Assembly: GCA_964016885.1 (NCBI GenBank)
Contig: OZ024743.1
Location: 13,702,001 to 13,766,000 of the forward strand
DNA length: 64,000 bases
Reading direction: 5' to 3'
DNA from: Eledone cirrhosa
Lineage: Eukaryota
Within the stretch, counting starts at the first letter, position 1, and each line of letters begins with the position of its first letter. Shown piece after piece: positions 24,214 to 38,100 of this stretch. The notes under the pieces were generated by a model. That model saw nothing but the letters and a program-made list of their open reading frames with translations, was not told the origin of the DNA and ran no database searches. Made by a program: the position numbers and the translations under genes.

Positions 24214-27200
24214 ATGACCTCACTCAGAATAGGCAGCATAAATGCGCGTGGCTTGGGGTCGTCATGGAAGCAGGGCCACCTGCTCAACGACCTCAGGTCA
24301 CTAAACATAGATGTAGTGGCCATCAGCGAGACCAGAATCTCCGAAGCACAGGCTTTCGCACCGATCTTCGGCGGCTACGATGTGTACGCATCTCCCAGCC
24401 GTCCGGGATAAGGGGAGGAGTTGCTGTGCTTTTTCGGAGAGTTTTGGATCTTGCCATACGGGCCATCTTCCTGGACCCAGAAGGTAAGTTGGTGGTGCTG
24501 GACGTGACCAGCGGAGACGGGCAAGCTTTCAGGTTAGTGGCCGTCTATGCCCCGACAGGAGAAGGGCGGCCTGATTTCTTCCGGAGTCTGGAGACCTTTC
24601 TTGGAACGTCCCGCTCTTTAGTGTTAGTGGGCGACTGGAACGGGATCTTAGATGCACGCTGGGATTGTGTGGGATTAGTGGATAGGGAAGGAGGGTGCAA
24701 GAGTCTCACCAACCTGCTCAGACGTTTTGAACTGTCTGACAGGTACCGAATGGATTTCCCGAATGTACCAATGTGGACTTGGACAAATCGCATAGGGTCA
24801 TCCAGATCATATCTAGATAGAGTATTTTGTAGGGAAATAGATAGGTCTAGCATAGGCTGTCCTCAATTCAAGATAGTCAGCTACACGGACCACAAATTCG
24901 TGATCTGTGTGCTTGACTTAGATAGGCTTCATAGGCGAGGACCCGGCTACTGGAAGCTAAACGCGTCCTTACCAGCGCGCAAGGCCTACAGAGACCGGAT
25001 TAGCAAACTAGTTAAGCGGGCGTTGACGGGGGCCATCGTCAACAACAAGTGGTGGTTTGCTCTGAAAAGAGCAATTAGAATAGAGTCCATTAGGTTTAGT
25101 AAGACTTTAGCAATAGAGAAAAATAGAGCAGAGGGAGAACTAGTTAGAAAATTAGATGAGGCGCTTAGCAAAGGCATCGCGACCGACGTACTTGCGGCGA
25201 AATTGGCCCTTGACCAATTCTTCAATGCAAAGCACGAAGGCTGCGTTATCAGAGCAAGGGTGCGTGCTCTCAGACACGAGGGGACGAAAGTCGTTCAATG
25301 GGCCCGAGTGGCGGAGGCGCGTCGTGGCAACAAAGCCACGATCCGGTCTTTGGTGGACCACAACGGGCGCATGCTACTCGATCCCGGGCAAATGTGTGAA
25401 GCTTTTCAGCGACACTTCGCTCGACTGTTCGGGGGCAGTGGCGGGCCGGTTCGAGGGATGGACTTTAGTGTCTACCTCGACGGACTGCCGCGGCTTTCGG
25501 CCACTGAGGCGTAGTGTTGCGAAAAGCCGATAACAACCGCTGAAGTACGGGATGCAATGACTAGTTGCACAAGGGGTAAATCGCCTGGTTTGGATGGTCT
25601 GCCCTATGAAATTTACGTACAAATGCCAAACTTGTTCGGAGGCCTCTTGGCGGACGTCTACTGCAACTGGCAACAGAACGGGAGAATTCCCAGCTCTGTG
25701 AGCCGAGGAGCGGAGGCGCTGCTGAGAAAGGATCCGAACAAGGGGGATAACATAGATAATTTTAGGCCCATAACTCTGCTAAACACAGAGTTCAAGATTT
25801 TGGCCAAGGGGCTAGCAAAGAGGTTGGCGCTTGTCGTTGGTGGTCTGGTGGGAGAGGCACAGACATGCGCCATTCCCGACAGATCCATCCACGGCAACCT
25901 CCACCTCATGCGATACATCGTAGAGAGGGTAGCTAGGGAACCTGGCACGGGTGGGTCTTTGATCAATTTAGATCAGTCGAAAGCCTTCGATAGGGTCGAC
26001 CATCGTAACCTAGCGGCAGTCCTGAGGGCGGCTGGCTTTGGGCCCGTCTTCAGAGGCTGGATCGCTGCCATGCACAGCGACATCTGCTCTGTAGTGAGAG
26101 TGAACGGTCACCTTTCGGATCCGTTCAACATCATGCGCTCGGTCCGCCAAGGATGTCCCCTCTCGTCCCTATTGTACGTATTGACTGTCGAGCCATTACT
26201 GCACAAACTGGAGACGTTGAGGGGGGTCCCGCGCGAACTAGAATGCGGAAGATCCGTGTCAGCATATGCCGACGATGTCACCGTAGTGGTGTCGAACGCC
26301 AAACACATCGAGGCGATCGGCACTACACTAAGAGAATACGAAGCGGTGACAGGAGCAATGATCAACCAGGAAAAGTCAGTGGGCCTGCAGCTCGGCACCT
26401 GGAGAGGCAGGTCCATGCCGTCCAACAGCGTCGTCGGGCGCTGGACGGGTGGACCGGTTAAATTGCTAGGGGTCTGGTTCGGTCCAGACCTCCAGACGGA
26501 CAAAAACTGGGACGAGGTGACGAGCAGGGTGGCTTCTCTCACCCAGAAATGGGCCGAGAGGAAGCTATCCCTGAAAGGTCGAGCGGAGGTGGCGAATGCG
26601 TACATCGCATTCGTCATCTACTACCGCCTGACCGTCGTACCTTGTCCTAAGCCCCGCCTGACTGCGCTGGAGCGTTTGCTCTTTCGCTTCTTGTGGAAGG
26701 GACGCGTTCCGATGGTCAGGCGGTCCATCTGCTGTCAACACCCGCTACGTGGAGGGCTGGGCATGCCGTGGCTGATGATGCGCAGACACGCGCTCAGGCT
26801 ACGACATCTCCACCTCTTCCTCGACGGTGATCAGGTGTGGTCGCCGTTTGCTAGACACGTATTTCCCCAGCTCGTTTCCTTGACGGAGCTGCAGTCCTGG
26901 GTCAAGCGAAGACCGAGCGGGAGCGCTTGGAGACTGGAATGTCTTCAGGCGCTCACAGCCCTCGACCAATCAGGCAATGTGATCGGTGGAAACTCCACCT
27001 TGGCGCTCTATAGGGGATTAGTGGAGGGGAAGAGCGACGACGTACTTGGAGAAACTCTAGGCGTCGACGAAAATCAACTCGCCAATCTCTTCGGAAGGAC
27101 TTTCGGGCCGGGGCCTATGGACAACTTCCAGAAATCCCTGGCCTGGCAGTGCTACCGGGGTGCTTTGCCAGTTCGGGATAAACTTTACAGGCATGGAGGT

Positions 27201-27632
27201 GCCATCAGCCGGGCATGTCCGAGATGCGCACAGGGCGACGAAACCGTCCTGCACGCACTCGTCCAGTGTCCGAGCATTGCTGACTTGTGGATTTATGTCG
27301 AACACCTGCTGTCACGTGTAGGACGGATCCAGCTATCAGCTGAGTCCATCGTGAGGATTGCCCCGCCCTCCACCTTTAGCCGGGAAGGGCAGGCAGTTTT
27401 TATCTGTCTGGTGGCCATGGCGAAAGAGATAGTATGGTGGACACGTTTGAAAAGGCTGAAGACGAGCACTTACCTCTTCGGTGATGCCCTGATTAACTTT
27501 TTCAAATTTCATCTGAAAAGGAAAATCAGGGTAGAGAGGGAAGTGCACTCTTCCCAGCATTTTGTTGAAAGATGGGTGAGAGAAGCAAGTATGGCCCGAA
27601 TGAATGGGCCTTCTTTGAGTATGTGTCTGTAA
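24214..27632 (+). pseudogene. T2 ORF2 (APE-RT-zinc finger); frameshift near 24400 and TAG at 25512
   Basis: MTSLRIGSINARGL, AISET, VGDWN, SYLDR, TDHK, QGCPLS, AYADD. Confidence 0.93.
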
Positions 27633-27875
27633 ATTAAAGGTGAAAAACTGGGAGAGGGCAGTTGCCCTGGTGGTCAGGGCCACTGTGGTCTTTTAATGGG
27701 CTTTCTCCACAAATGTCCCTCGGAAGTCTCCCCCCTATTGGGGAATTTTTCTTTGTTATTTTATTTCATCCTCTGTTTTTTTTACACGCAGAAATGCCCA
27801 TTTGTACCATCCTGTATTGTCCTGTACTGTCCTTAATGTCTACTTTATGTAAACCCTTGTGGTTAATAAAGAAAA

Positions 27876-27935
<60 letters not shown>

Positions 27936-27937
<2 letters not shown>

Positions 27938-30900
27938 CTTGAATCTCAGTCATTGATGTTAGTTAAATGGAAAGTCCGTTGGAATGAATATCAAGCCACT
28001 ACCTGCAGCCTCAGATATTCAGGACGTATCGGAGGGTTCTTGCTGTTCCCAGCAAGCATGCCTTTTGAAGCGTTCCAAAAAGCGTGAAGGGGCCGATTTT
28101 CTTTAACCATCCCTGGCAACTTTTGGAGATAGTCCCCAGTGCGCCTATGACAATCGAGATCACTTTGACTTCATGGCAGTTCCAAATCGTTTTTACCTCC
28201 CACTTTAAGTCCTGGTATCGGTTAATTTTCTCCCTCTCCTTCTCTTGCACTCTCGTGTCGAATGTGCAGGCCAGATCCACAATCAGACACGATCTTTTTT
28301 CTTTGTCCACAACAACCAGGTCAGGTCTATTGTGTTCCAGTTTCTTGTCCGTCTGTATCCTAAAATTCCACAGCACCTTCATCTGATCGTACTCCATCAC
28401 CGCCTCTGGCTTATGCTCATACCATTTCTCAGAATGTGGTAAATTGTTTACTTTGCACAGGTGCCAGTGGATCACCCTGTCCATCACATCATGTCTCCAG
28501 CCCTTATAGTGGGTCTGGGCTAGGTATTTACACTCGGATACAATGTGAGCCACAGTCTCCTCTCTCTCTCCACAGATTCTGCACAATGGGCTAGCCTCCT
28601 CCTTGTAAATATGGTGTTTCAACCACTTCGTTTTGAGGGCCTACTCCCGCGCAGCCATTAACATTCCTTCTGTAGCCTTTTTGAGGTCACCTCTTCTCAA
28701 CCAGTTCCATGTCTGTGGATCTCTAAATTCAGTTTTCTCAAAGAAGGTACTATGAAGGGATTTTCCGTTAAGGCTGCTCTTTCTCCTTGATGTTATTTCC
28801 TCCTTGGACATCCCCTGGCCTATTGTCCCCTCCTTCCGTACAGTTCTGAGCATTGGCTCCTTACTATCAGTCACGTATTTCTGTAGGTTGTTTTTCTCCA
28901 ACTGAACACAGTCCTCTATGCTGATAAGACCTCTTCCAACCTCAGATCTCCTTAGGTAGAGTATATCGACATCACTCCTCTTGTGGAACATGTTGTAGAT
29001 AGTCAATAGCTTCCTAGTCTACCTATCCATTTCTTTTTGTTCAGCAACATTCCATCTCAGAATTCCCGCACTGTACCTAATAATAGACACAGCTCGGGAA
29101 TTTACTGCGCTTATAGCATTTCTGCTGTTTAGATGTGACTTCAATACGCTCCTTACTCTCCGAATGTATTCAGTTCTTAACAACTCCTTCATTTTTTTGT
29201 TCTTTATGCCATCAGCCTCCAGAACGCCCAAATACTTGTATCCTTCCTCAGAGTCAATTTCCTTTATCATCTCACCTGTTGGTATCTGGATTCCGTTACT
29301 TCTGCTCAACCTACCCCTCCTCATCACAATGAGGTGATTGATGGTAAGCTCTCCCTTTCCCAACTTGTATCCTGCTCTCACCTTTCGCAGCATAATGGTC
29401 AGGGGCATCAGGGCAAGGACAAACAACAGACGGGACAGGCTATCTCCCTGGAAGATACCTCTCTTGATCTTCACGCTTCCCAAGGATTCTCCAGTTGATG
29501 TCAACTCTGTTTCCCAGGACCTCATACTCCTGCCCAGCAACTGTCTGATGTTATCTTCCACCTTGAAGATCTCCAGGCTTTTGGTGATCCAAGAATGAGG
29601 CACCATATCAAATGCCTTTCTGTAGTCTATCCATCCCATGGCAAGATCAGTGTGTCTCCTCCTGCAATTCCCCATTACCAACTTATCAATAAGTAACTGG
29701 TCCTTTGTACCACGTGACTTCTTTCGGCATCCTTTCTGTTCGTCCGGTAGCAAGTTGTTTGTGTGGAGATGATGGCAGATTTCCTCAGACACAATGCTCG
29801 TCAGCAGTTTCCACATTACGGACAGACATGTGATAGGTCTATAGTTGGTAACATCATTACCCTTGATTCGGTCTTTCATTATCAGAACTGTGGTACCTTT
29901 TGTCAACCACTCTGGTACCTCACCTGACATCAAGCAGTCATTGAACATGGTTGTCAGTTTCGGGTGGAGGGATGTTAAATTTTTAATCCAATACCCCTGC
30001 ACACCATCTGGGCCTGGTGATTTCCAGTTGGTTAGTTTTTTGGTCTGCCCCTTAAGAGTTTCAACTGTGATACTCAAATCAGTTTGTTGGTGTGCCTGCT
30101 CACCGATCTCCCTCTGTACTGTCTCAATCCACCCTGCCTGGTCATTATGTCTAACATCCTGCTCCCATATTCCTCTCCAGAATGTTTTAGTTTGTTCCGC
30201 CTCAGGGATCAAGTCGTTGCCTCTTTCTTTCCCCTCAAGCTGTCCAAACAGCATCTTCTGGTTGTTGTCGAACATGCGGTTCTGTTTATACTGACTGACT
30301 CTGTTCTCGCATCGCCTGATTTTTGCACTCTTTGCTACAATGCGTTGCTTCAGTTCCTCTATGATAATATTTAGCTTTTTCCACCTAGTTTTGTACTTTA
30401 TTTCCAGTCTATTTTTAGTGCCTAAGTTTTTTAGTGTCCCATTCAGTAGTGACTCAAGCTTTCCAATGTCATTTCTCATTTCCCTGATTTGACCACTCAG
30501 TCGTTTCTTCCACCAAGGCTCTGCTCTTTCTTGTCTGTTGTTTCCTCTCGCTTTTATACCAAGTAGTTTCCTCACCGTATTTGCTGTTGCTTTGAGGATA
30601 TTGTTGCACTGGTGAAGGCTCCTCGCCTCAAGGTATGGGATGACGTTGTTTACCTTAGCTATTGTTTCTTTTAAATTTTTCCTGTCTACAAATCTTAGGT
30701 TCATAGGTCTACCACTATCATTGTTCAATTCATCTACCACTAAATTTAGGATGTCAACCGAATCTTGTCCTAGCCCGTCAGCATTCATCTCCTCAGTGGC
30801 CGTATCTCTGTTCCAGGTATTATTTATCTCAGTATTCAGATCATTGTCTGCTTCGGGTGGTTCCTCCGTTCTCTCGACCTCTTCACCTTCATTTCCCACT

Positions 30901-32611
30901 GGCTCGTTTGCCTGGCATACTCCACCCTCCATCTCCAAGCTAATCTCTCTGCTCAGTTCCTCCAGTTCCAGCTCGCTTATCCACCCATTAGTTCTTATTA
31001 CCCGAGCCTGCCCGGCCAATTTTTGTTCATCTAATTTAAATAGACCAATCTCGTTGCAGATGTTATGCATCCGTCTCCTATAGCCCCTCTCCTTGGGGTT
31101 ACATGTCAGGTAACATTGCATAACAGTTCTATTCAATTCTTTCGTCCAGTTGGTTCTGGTCCCTTTCCTTCTTCTTCTTCCTCCGACACCAGCAGTATTT
31201 GGTTGACAGCCAGGTTCCTGCTGTTGAGCCAGGGAGCACCTGTTGGGAGAGAGCCTGTCACATGACGTTCTAGTCTCCATTTCACCGTTATTCGAACTGT
31301 TTAGGTTCGATATTTAAACACTCTTATCGAGAATTGGCGAATATATGGTTACATAACCATCTGTGGATTCACCTCTCCGGTGGTTGCGCCGCTCCACTTG
31401 GCTCTTGTGTGCCATTATCACTACGCTGTAGACGAACACAAATAAACAAACAAACACACAGGCAGAAAAAAACCCAAAATGAATAAGCATAAGTTTCATT
31501 GTAATGTAGTGTTCGAATGTCTGACTTAGTTTTTCCCTTCTCTTCTCGGTCCGTCCGCTTGTTTCTCTCTTCATTCTTATTTTCTTTACGTTTTTTTTTG
31601 TTTTTGTTTTTCTCTGTTTGTTTTTCTCTTTTTTTTCTGTTGTTGCTGTGTTGCTTTGGTTTTGATGTTTGTTTTTTCTCTTTTTTCTTTTGAGTCTATC
31701 TATATATTTTGATGCCTTCTTCTTTTTTAGTAGGAATTCTATAATGTGGTGGCAGCAACTAGCAGGAAGCAATGGGAGAGAATAGCGGCGGTAGCGATAC
31801 TGAGACAGTGGTGGTGGTGATGTCGATACTGAGGCAGTGGTGGTGGTGATGTGATCGTATTACTGTAGTGATGGTGTTGTAGCGGTGGTAGCAATGAAGG
31901 AGTGGTGGCGGCGGTGATGGGATAGTGGTAGTAATGATGGCAGTGGTGGTGGTGTTGTGGTCGTATTACTGTAGTGATGGTGGTGTTGTAACGGTGGGAG
32001 CAATTAAGGATTGGTGGCGGCGGTGATGGGATAGTGGTAGTAATGATGGATGGGCGGCGTTGTCGTTATTGATGTCCGTTCGGTGAATCTATGCGGTTAG
32101 TCGCGTATATGTGTTGACATAAATTCCGTTAATGTTGGAATTAAACATTTTGTTAAAACTTGGGACAATAATAATAGTATTTATTATTATCATTATTATG
32201 TTGAGATTGGTTGTGGTGGTGGTGAAATTGCAATTGCCGTTATCTGGCTGTTGTGTTTAGTGTACACAGAGAGGTGATGGGGTAGGCGGTGTATCTAGTT
32301 TCTGGTGTTGGTGAGATTGGTGTTGTTTGGTTGTTCTATATAGTGTAGACAAAGGAATGGGGGGCTTCTTCTTCCATTTATAGCCCTTTTCTTTTTTGAA
32401 TATACAATGTACACTACAAAGTTGAATATTTGAATATTTGAGCCTTATAACAATATATTTTGGGTCCGAATTTTTTTGAGGCTCAAGCCGGATGCTTTAC
32501 GTAGCATTTGTACTAAGAGTTGTTATTTCACTAATGATTTAAATATGTTAAAAATTCAAAACTTATGGGAGCGATTTCATGACCTTCTACCACCTCGTGC
32601 GTCTTCTTCCC
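27936..32611 (-). mobile_element. Dong-like copy D3, apparently full length including a ~1.3 kb leader
   Basis: Myb-like N-terminus (NWTKELNRTVMQCY..GYRRRMH), RT and RLE; bounded by (TTA)n at 27877-27935 and 32612-32675. Confidence 0.88.
28011..31313 (-). pseudogene. D3 single ORF (Myb-like, RT, CCHC, RLE); start ATG>ATA, two stops, FMDD segment deleted
   Basis: ORF pieces 29019..31280, 28641..29006 and 28011..28622; comparison with D5. Confidence 0.9.
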
Positions 32612-32675
<64 letters not shown>

Positions 32676-32677
<2 letters not shown>

Positions 32678-33333
32678 CTTGAATCTCAGTCATTGATGTT
32701 GGTTAACTTGAATATCAAGCCACTACCGACAGCCTCAGATATTCAGGACGTATCGGAGGGTTCTTGCTGTTCCAAGCAAGCATGCCTTTTGAAGCGTTCC
32801 AAAAAGCGTGAAGGGGCCGATTTTCTTTAACCATCCCTGGAAACCTTTGGAGATAGTCCCCAGTGCGCCTATGACAATCGGGATCACTTTGACTTCATGG
32901 CAGTTCCAAATCCTTTTCACCTCCCACTTTAGGTCCTGGTATCGGTTAATTTTCTCCCTCTCCTTCTCTTGCACTCTCGTGTCGAACGGGCAGGCCACAT
33001 CCACAATCAGGCACGATCTTTATTCTTTGTCCACAACCACCAGGTCAGGTCTATTGTGTTCCAGTTTTTTGTCCGTCTGTATCCTAAAATCCCACAGCAC
33101 CTTCACCTGACTGTTCTCCATCACCGCCTCTGGCCTATGCTCATACCATTTCTCAGAATGTGGTAGATTGTTTACTTTGCACAGGTGCCAGTGGATCACC
33201 CTGCCCATCACATCGTGTCTCCAGCCCTTATAGTGGGTCTGGGCTAGGTGTTTACACTCGGACACAATGTGAGCCACAGTCTCCTCTCTCTCTCCACAGA
33301 TCCTGCACAGTGGGCTAGCCTCCTCCTTGCAGA

Positions 33334-33334
<1 letters not shown>
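32676..33334 (-). mobile_element. Dong-like copy D4, 5'-truncated
   Basis: RLE domain with one stop and a short 3' UTR deletion; (TTA)n on both sides. Confidence 0.92.
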
Positions 33335-33409
<75 letters not shown>

Positions 33410-33421
33410 CTTATTATTATT

Positions 33422-35130
33422 GAATGCTATGGTTGACGGAGGGTCGGCTCTGTAAGATATTGTAAATTTTGACCGCTATAACAATTGTAAATTGTTTAAA
33501 ACTTTAACCAACTTGTAGACAAAAACAACCTCCTCCTCGTGAGAGGGGTCTTTCTGCCCGTTATTTGGCCCTTCGGGGTTAAATAACCGCTTATTGGGGT
33601 TTTGTGCTCAATATTTATTTTAAACAAAAAAAAAAAAACATTGCTACGAAAAATAATTTTCATAGGTCACTCCCACTCATTCCGTCTTCTTCTTCCTCAA
33701 TCGTCACTACAGCAGAGAGAAGATTGTCTCTATCCCTCCCTTCTCTAAATGTGTCTCTCTCCCTCCCTTCTCTTTCGCAAGGGACGGCAGAAAAGAAAAA
33801 TCACGTGCAAAGCGTGCAAGATTTCTCCACGACGACGACGACAACGACGAAAAAGGTGTGCGGGAAATACGAAAACCCATTTCATTCGTCTGACGTCAGG
33901 AATAATAGCAGTTGTACCTTCTCCTAAGCCCCGCCTAACTGCGCTGGAGCGTTTGCTCTTTCGCTTTTTGTGGAAGGAACGCGCTCCGATTGTTAGACGG
34001 TTCATCTGCTGTCAACACCCGCTACGTGGAGGGCCGGGAATGCCGTGGCTGATGATGCGCAGACACTCGCTCAGGCTACGACATCTCCACCTCTTCCTCG
34101 ACTGTGATCAGGTGTGGTCGCCGTTTGCTAGACACGTATTTCCCCAGCTCGTTTCCTTGACGGAGCTGCAGTCCTGGGTCAAGCGAAGACCGAGAGGGAG
34201 CGCCTGGAGACTGGAATGTCTTCAGGCGCTCACAGCCCTCGACCAATCGGGCAATGTGATCGGTGGAAACTCCACCTCGGCGTTCTATATAGGATTAGTG
34301 GAGGGGAAGAGCTACGACGTACTTAGGGAAAATCTAGGCGTCCACGAAAATCAACTAGCCAATCTCTTCGGAAGAACTTTCGGGCCGGGACCTATGGACA
34401 ACTTCCAGAAATCTCTGGCCTGGCAGTGCTACCGAGGAGCCTTGCCAGTTCGGGATAAACTCTACTGGCATGTCCGAGATGCGCGCAGGGCGACGAAACC
34501 ATCCTGCACTCACTCGTCTAGTGTCCGAAAATTGCTGACTTGTGGGTTTATGCCGAACACCTGCTGGCGCGTGTAGGACGGATCCGGCTATCATCTGAGT
34601 CCATCGTGAGGATTGCCCCGCCTTGCTCCTTTAGCCGTGAAGGGCAGGCACTTTTTATCTGTCTGGTGGCCATGGCGAAAGAGATAGTATGGTGGACACG
34701 TTTGAAAGGACTGAAGACGAGCACTTACCTCTTCGGTGATGCCCTGATTGACTTTTTCAAATTTCATTTGAAAAGGAAAATCAGAGTAGAGAGGGAAGTG
34801 CTCTCTTCCCAGCATTTTATTGAAAGATGGGTGAGAGAAGCAAGGATGGCCCGAGTGAATGGGCCTAATCTGAGTACATATCTGTAAATTAAAGGTGGAA
34901 AACTAGGAGAGGGCACTTGCCCTGGTGGTCAGGGTTACTGTGGTCTTTTACTGCGCCTTCTCCACAAATGTCCCTCCGAAGTCTCTCCCCTATTGGGGAA
35001 TATTTCATTGTTATTTTTGTTGTTACATCCTCTGTTTTTGTTTTTTTCACGCAGAAATGCCCATTTGTACCGTCCTGTATTGTCCTGCACTGTCCTTAAT
35101 GTCTACTTTATGTAAACCCTTGTTGAAATA
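33422..35130 (+). mobile_element. Tx1 family B copy T3, internally deleted (~4.2 kb missing)
   Basis: T5-type 5' UTR and ORF1 start joined at ~33912 to ORF2 VVP(C/S)PKPRLTALERL. Confidence 0.9.
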
Positions 35131-38100
35131 AATATCAAGCCACTACCTGCAGCCTCAGATATTAAGGACGTATCGGAGGGTTCTTGCTGTTCCAAGCAAG
35201 CATGCCTTTTGAAGCGTTCCAAAAAGCGTGAAGGGGCCGATTTTCTTTAACCATCCCTGGAAACCTTTGGAGATAGTCCCCAGTGCGCCTATGACAATCG
35301 GGATCACTTTGACTTCATGGCAGTTCCAAATCCTTTTCACCTCCCACTTTAGGTCCTGGTATCGGTTAATTTTCTCCCTCTCCTTCTCTTGCACTCTCGT
35401 GTCGAACGGGCAGGCCACATCCACAATCAGGCACGATCTTTTTTCTTTGTCCACAACCACCAGGTCAGGTCTATTGTGTTCCAGTTTTTTGTCCGTCTGT
35501 ATCCTAAAATCCCACAGCACCTTCACCTGACTGTTCTCCATCACCGCCTCTGGCCTATGCTCATACCATTTCTCAGAATGTGGTAGATTGTTTACTTTGC
35601 ACAGGTGCCAGTGGATCACCCTGCCCATCACATCGTGTCTCCAGCCCTTATAGTGGGTCTGGGCTCGGTGTTTACACTCGGACACAATGTGAGCCACAGT
35701 CTCCTCTCTCTCTCCACAGATCCTGCACAGTGGGCTAGCCTCCTCCTTGTAGATATGGTGCTTCAACCACTTCGTTTTGAGGGCCTGCTCCTGCGCAGCC
35801 ATTAGCATTCCTTCTGTAGCCTTTTTGAGGTCTCCTCTTCTCAACCAGTTCCATGTCTGTGGATCTCTAAATTCAGTTTTCTCAAAGAAGGTACTATGAA
35901 GGGATTTTCCCTTAAGGCTGCTCTTCCTCCTTGATGTTATTTCCTCCTTGGATATCCCCTGGCCTACTGTCCCCTCCTTCAGTACAGCTCTGAGCATTGG
36001 CTCCTTACTATAGGTCACGTATTTGTATAGGTTGTTTTTCTCCATCTGAACACAGTCCTCTATGCTGATAAGACCTCTTCCACCCTCAGATCTCCTTAGG
36101 TAGAGTCTATCGACATCACTCCTCTTGTGGAACATGTTGTAGATAGTCAATATCTTCCTAGTCTTCCTATCCATTTCTTTTTGTTCAGCAACATTCCATC
36201 TCAGAATTCCCGCACTGTACCTAATAATAGACACAGCTCGGGAATTTACTGCGCTTATGGCATTTCTGCTGTTCAGATGTGACTTCCTACTGTTAAGATG
36301 TGACTTTAATACGCTCCTTACTCTCCGAAGGTATTTTGTTCTTATCAATTCCTTCATTTTTTGTTCTTGATGTCATCAGCCTCCAGAACGCCCAAATACT
36401 TGTATCCTTCCTCAGAGTCAATTTCCTTTATCATCTCACCTGTTGGTATCTGGATTCCGTTACTTCTGCTCAACTTACTCCCTCCTCATCACAATGACTC
36501 CACACTTACTAATACCAAATTGCATACAAATATCATTGCTGAAAATACGGACAGTGTCAACAAGCACATCCAACTCCTTCTCACTCTTCCCAAAGAGCTT
36601 AAGATCGTCCATGAAGAGGAGGTGATTGATGGTAAGCCCTCCATTTCCCAACCTGTATCCTGTTCTCACTTTTCGCAGTACACTGGTCAGGGGCATCAGG
36701 GCAAGGACAAAGAACAGAGGGGACAGACTATCTCCCTGGAAGAAACCTGTCTTGATCTTCACGCTTCCCAAGGATTCTCCAGTTGATGTTAACTCTGTTT
36801 CACAGGAGTTCATACTTTTGCCCAACAACTGTCTGATGTTATCTTCCACCTTGAAGATCTCCAGGCTTTTGGTGATCCAAGAATGACGCACCATGTCAAA
36901 TGCCTTTTTGTAGTCTATCCATCCCATGGCAAGACCAGTGTGTCTCCTCTTGCAATTCCTCATTATGATCTTATCAATAAGTAACTGGTCCTTTGTACCG
37001 CGTGACTTCTTTCGGCATCCTTTCTGTTCGTCCGGTAACAAGTTATTTGTGTGGAGGTGATGGTAGATTTCCTCAGACATAATGCTTTTCAACAGTTTCC
37101 ACATTACGGACAGACATGTGATAGGTTTATAGTTGGTAACATCATTACTCTTGATTCGCTCTTTCATTATCAGAACTGTGGTACCTTTTGTCAACCACTC
37201 TGGTACCTCACCTTACATAAAGCAGTCATTGAACATGGTTGTCAGTTTCGGGTGGAGGGATGTTATGTTTTTAATCCAATACCCCTGTACACCATCTGAG
37301 CTAGGTGATTCCAGTTGGTTAGTTTTTTGGCCTGCCCCTTAAGTGTTTCAACTGTGATACTCAAATCAGTTTGTTGGTGTGCCTGTTCACTGATCTCTTT
37401 CTTTACTGTCTTAATCCACACTGCCTGGTCATTATGTTTAACATCCTGCTCCCATATTCCTCTCCAGAATGTTTTAGTTTGTTCCGCCTCAGGGATCAAG
37501 TCATTGCCTCTTTCTTTCCCCTCAAGCTGTCCATACTGCATCTTCTGGTTGTTGTCGAACATGCGGTTCTGTTTATACTGACTGACTCTGTTCTTGTATC
37601 GCCTGATTTTTGCACTCTTTGCTACAATGCGTTGCTTCAGTTCCTCTATGATAATATTTAGCTTTTTCCTCCTAGTTTTGTACTTTATTTCCAGTCTATT
37701 TTTAGTGTCTATGTTTTTTAGTGTCCCATTCAGTAGGGACTCAAGCTTTCCAATGTCATTTCTCATTTCCCTGATTTGACCACTCAGTCGTTTCTTCCAC
37801 CAAGGCTCTGCTCTTTCTTGTCTGTTGTTTCCTCTCGCTTTTATACCAAGTAGTTTCCTCACCGTATTTGCTGTTGCTTTGAGGATATTGTTGCACTGGT
37901 GAAGGCTCCTCGCCTCAAGGTATGGGATGACTTTGTTTACCTTAGCTGTTGTTTCTTTTAACTTTTTCCTGTCTACAAATCTTAGGTTCATAGGTCGCCC
38001 TCTATCATTGTTCAATTCATCTACCACTAAGTTTAGGATATCTACCAAATCTTGTCCTAGCCCGTCAGCATTCATCTCCTCAGTGGCCGTATCTCTGTTC

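Larger units (their letters stand above)
21959..27876 (+). mobile_element. Tx1 family B copy T2, full length (~5.9 kb)
   Basis: 5' UTR, ORF1, ORF2 and 3' UTR with AATAAA; (TTA)n on both sides. Confidence 0.94.

Noticed and set aside
33515-33612. HDV-like ribozyme in the Tx1 5' UTR (TCCTCGT loop, cUUCGg hairpin)
   Set aside because: Simple hairpins are present in T3 and T5, but I could not assign P1, P2, P1.1 or J4/2.
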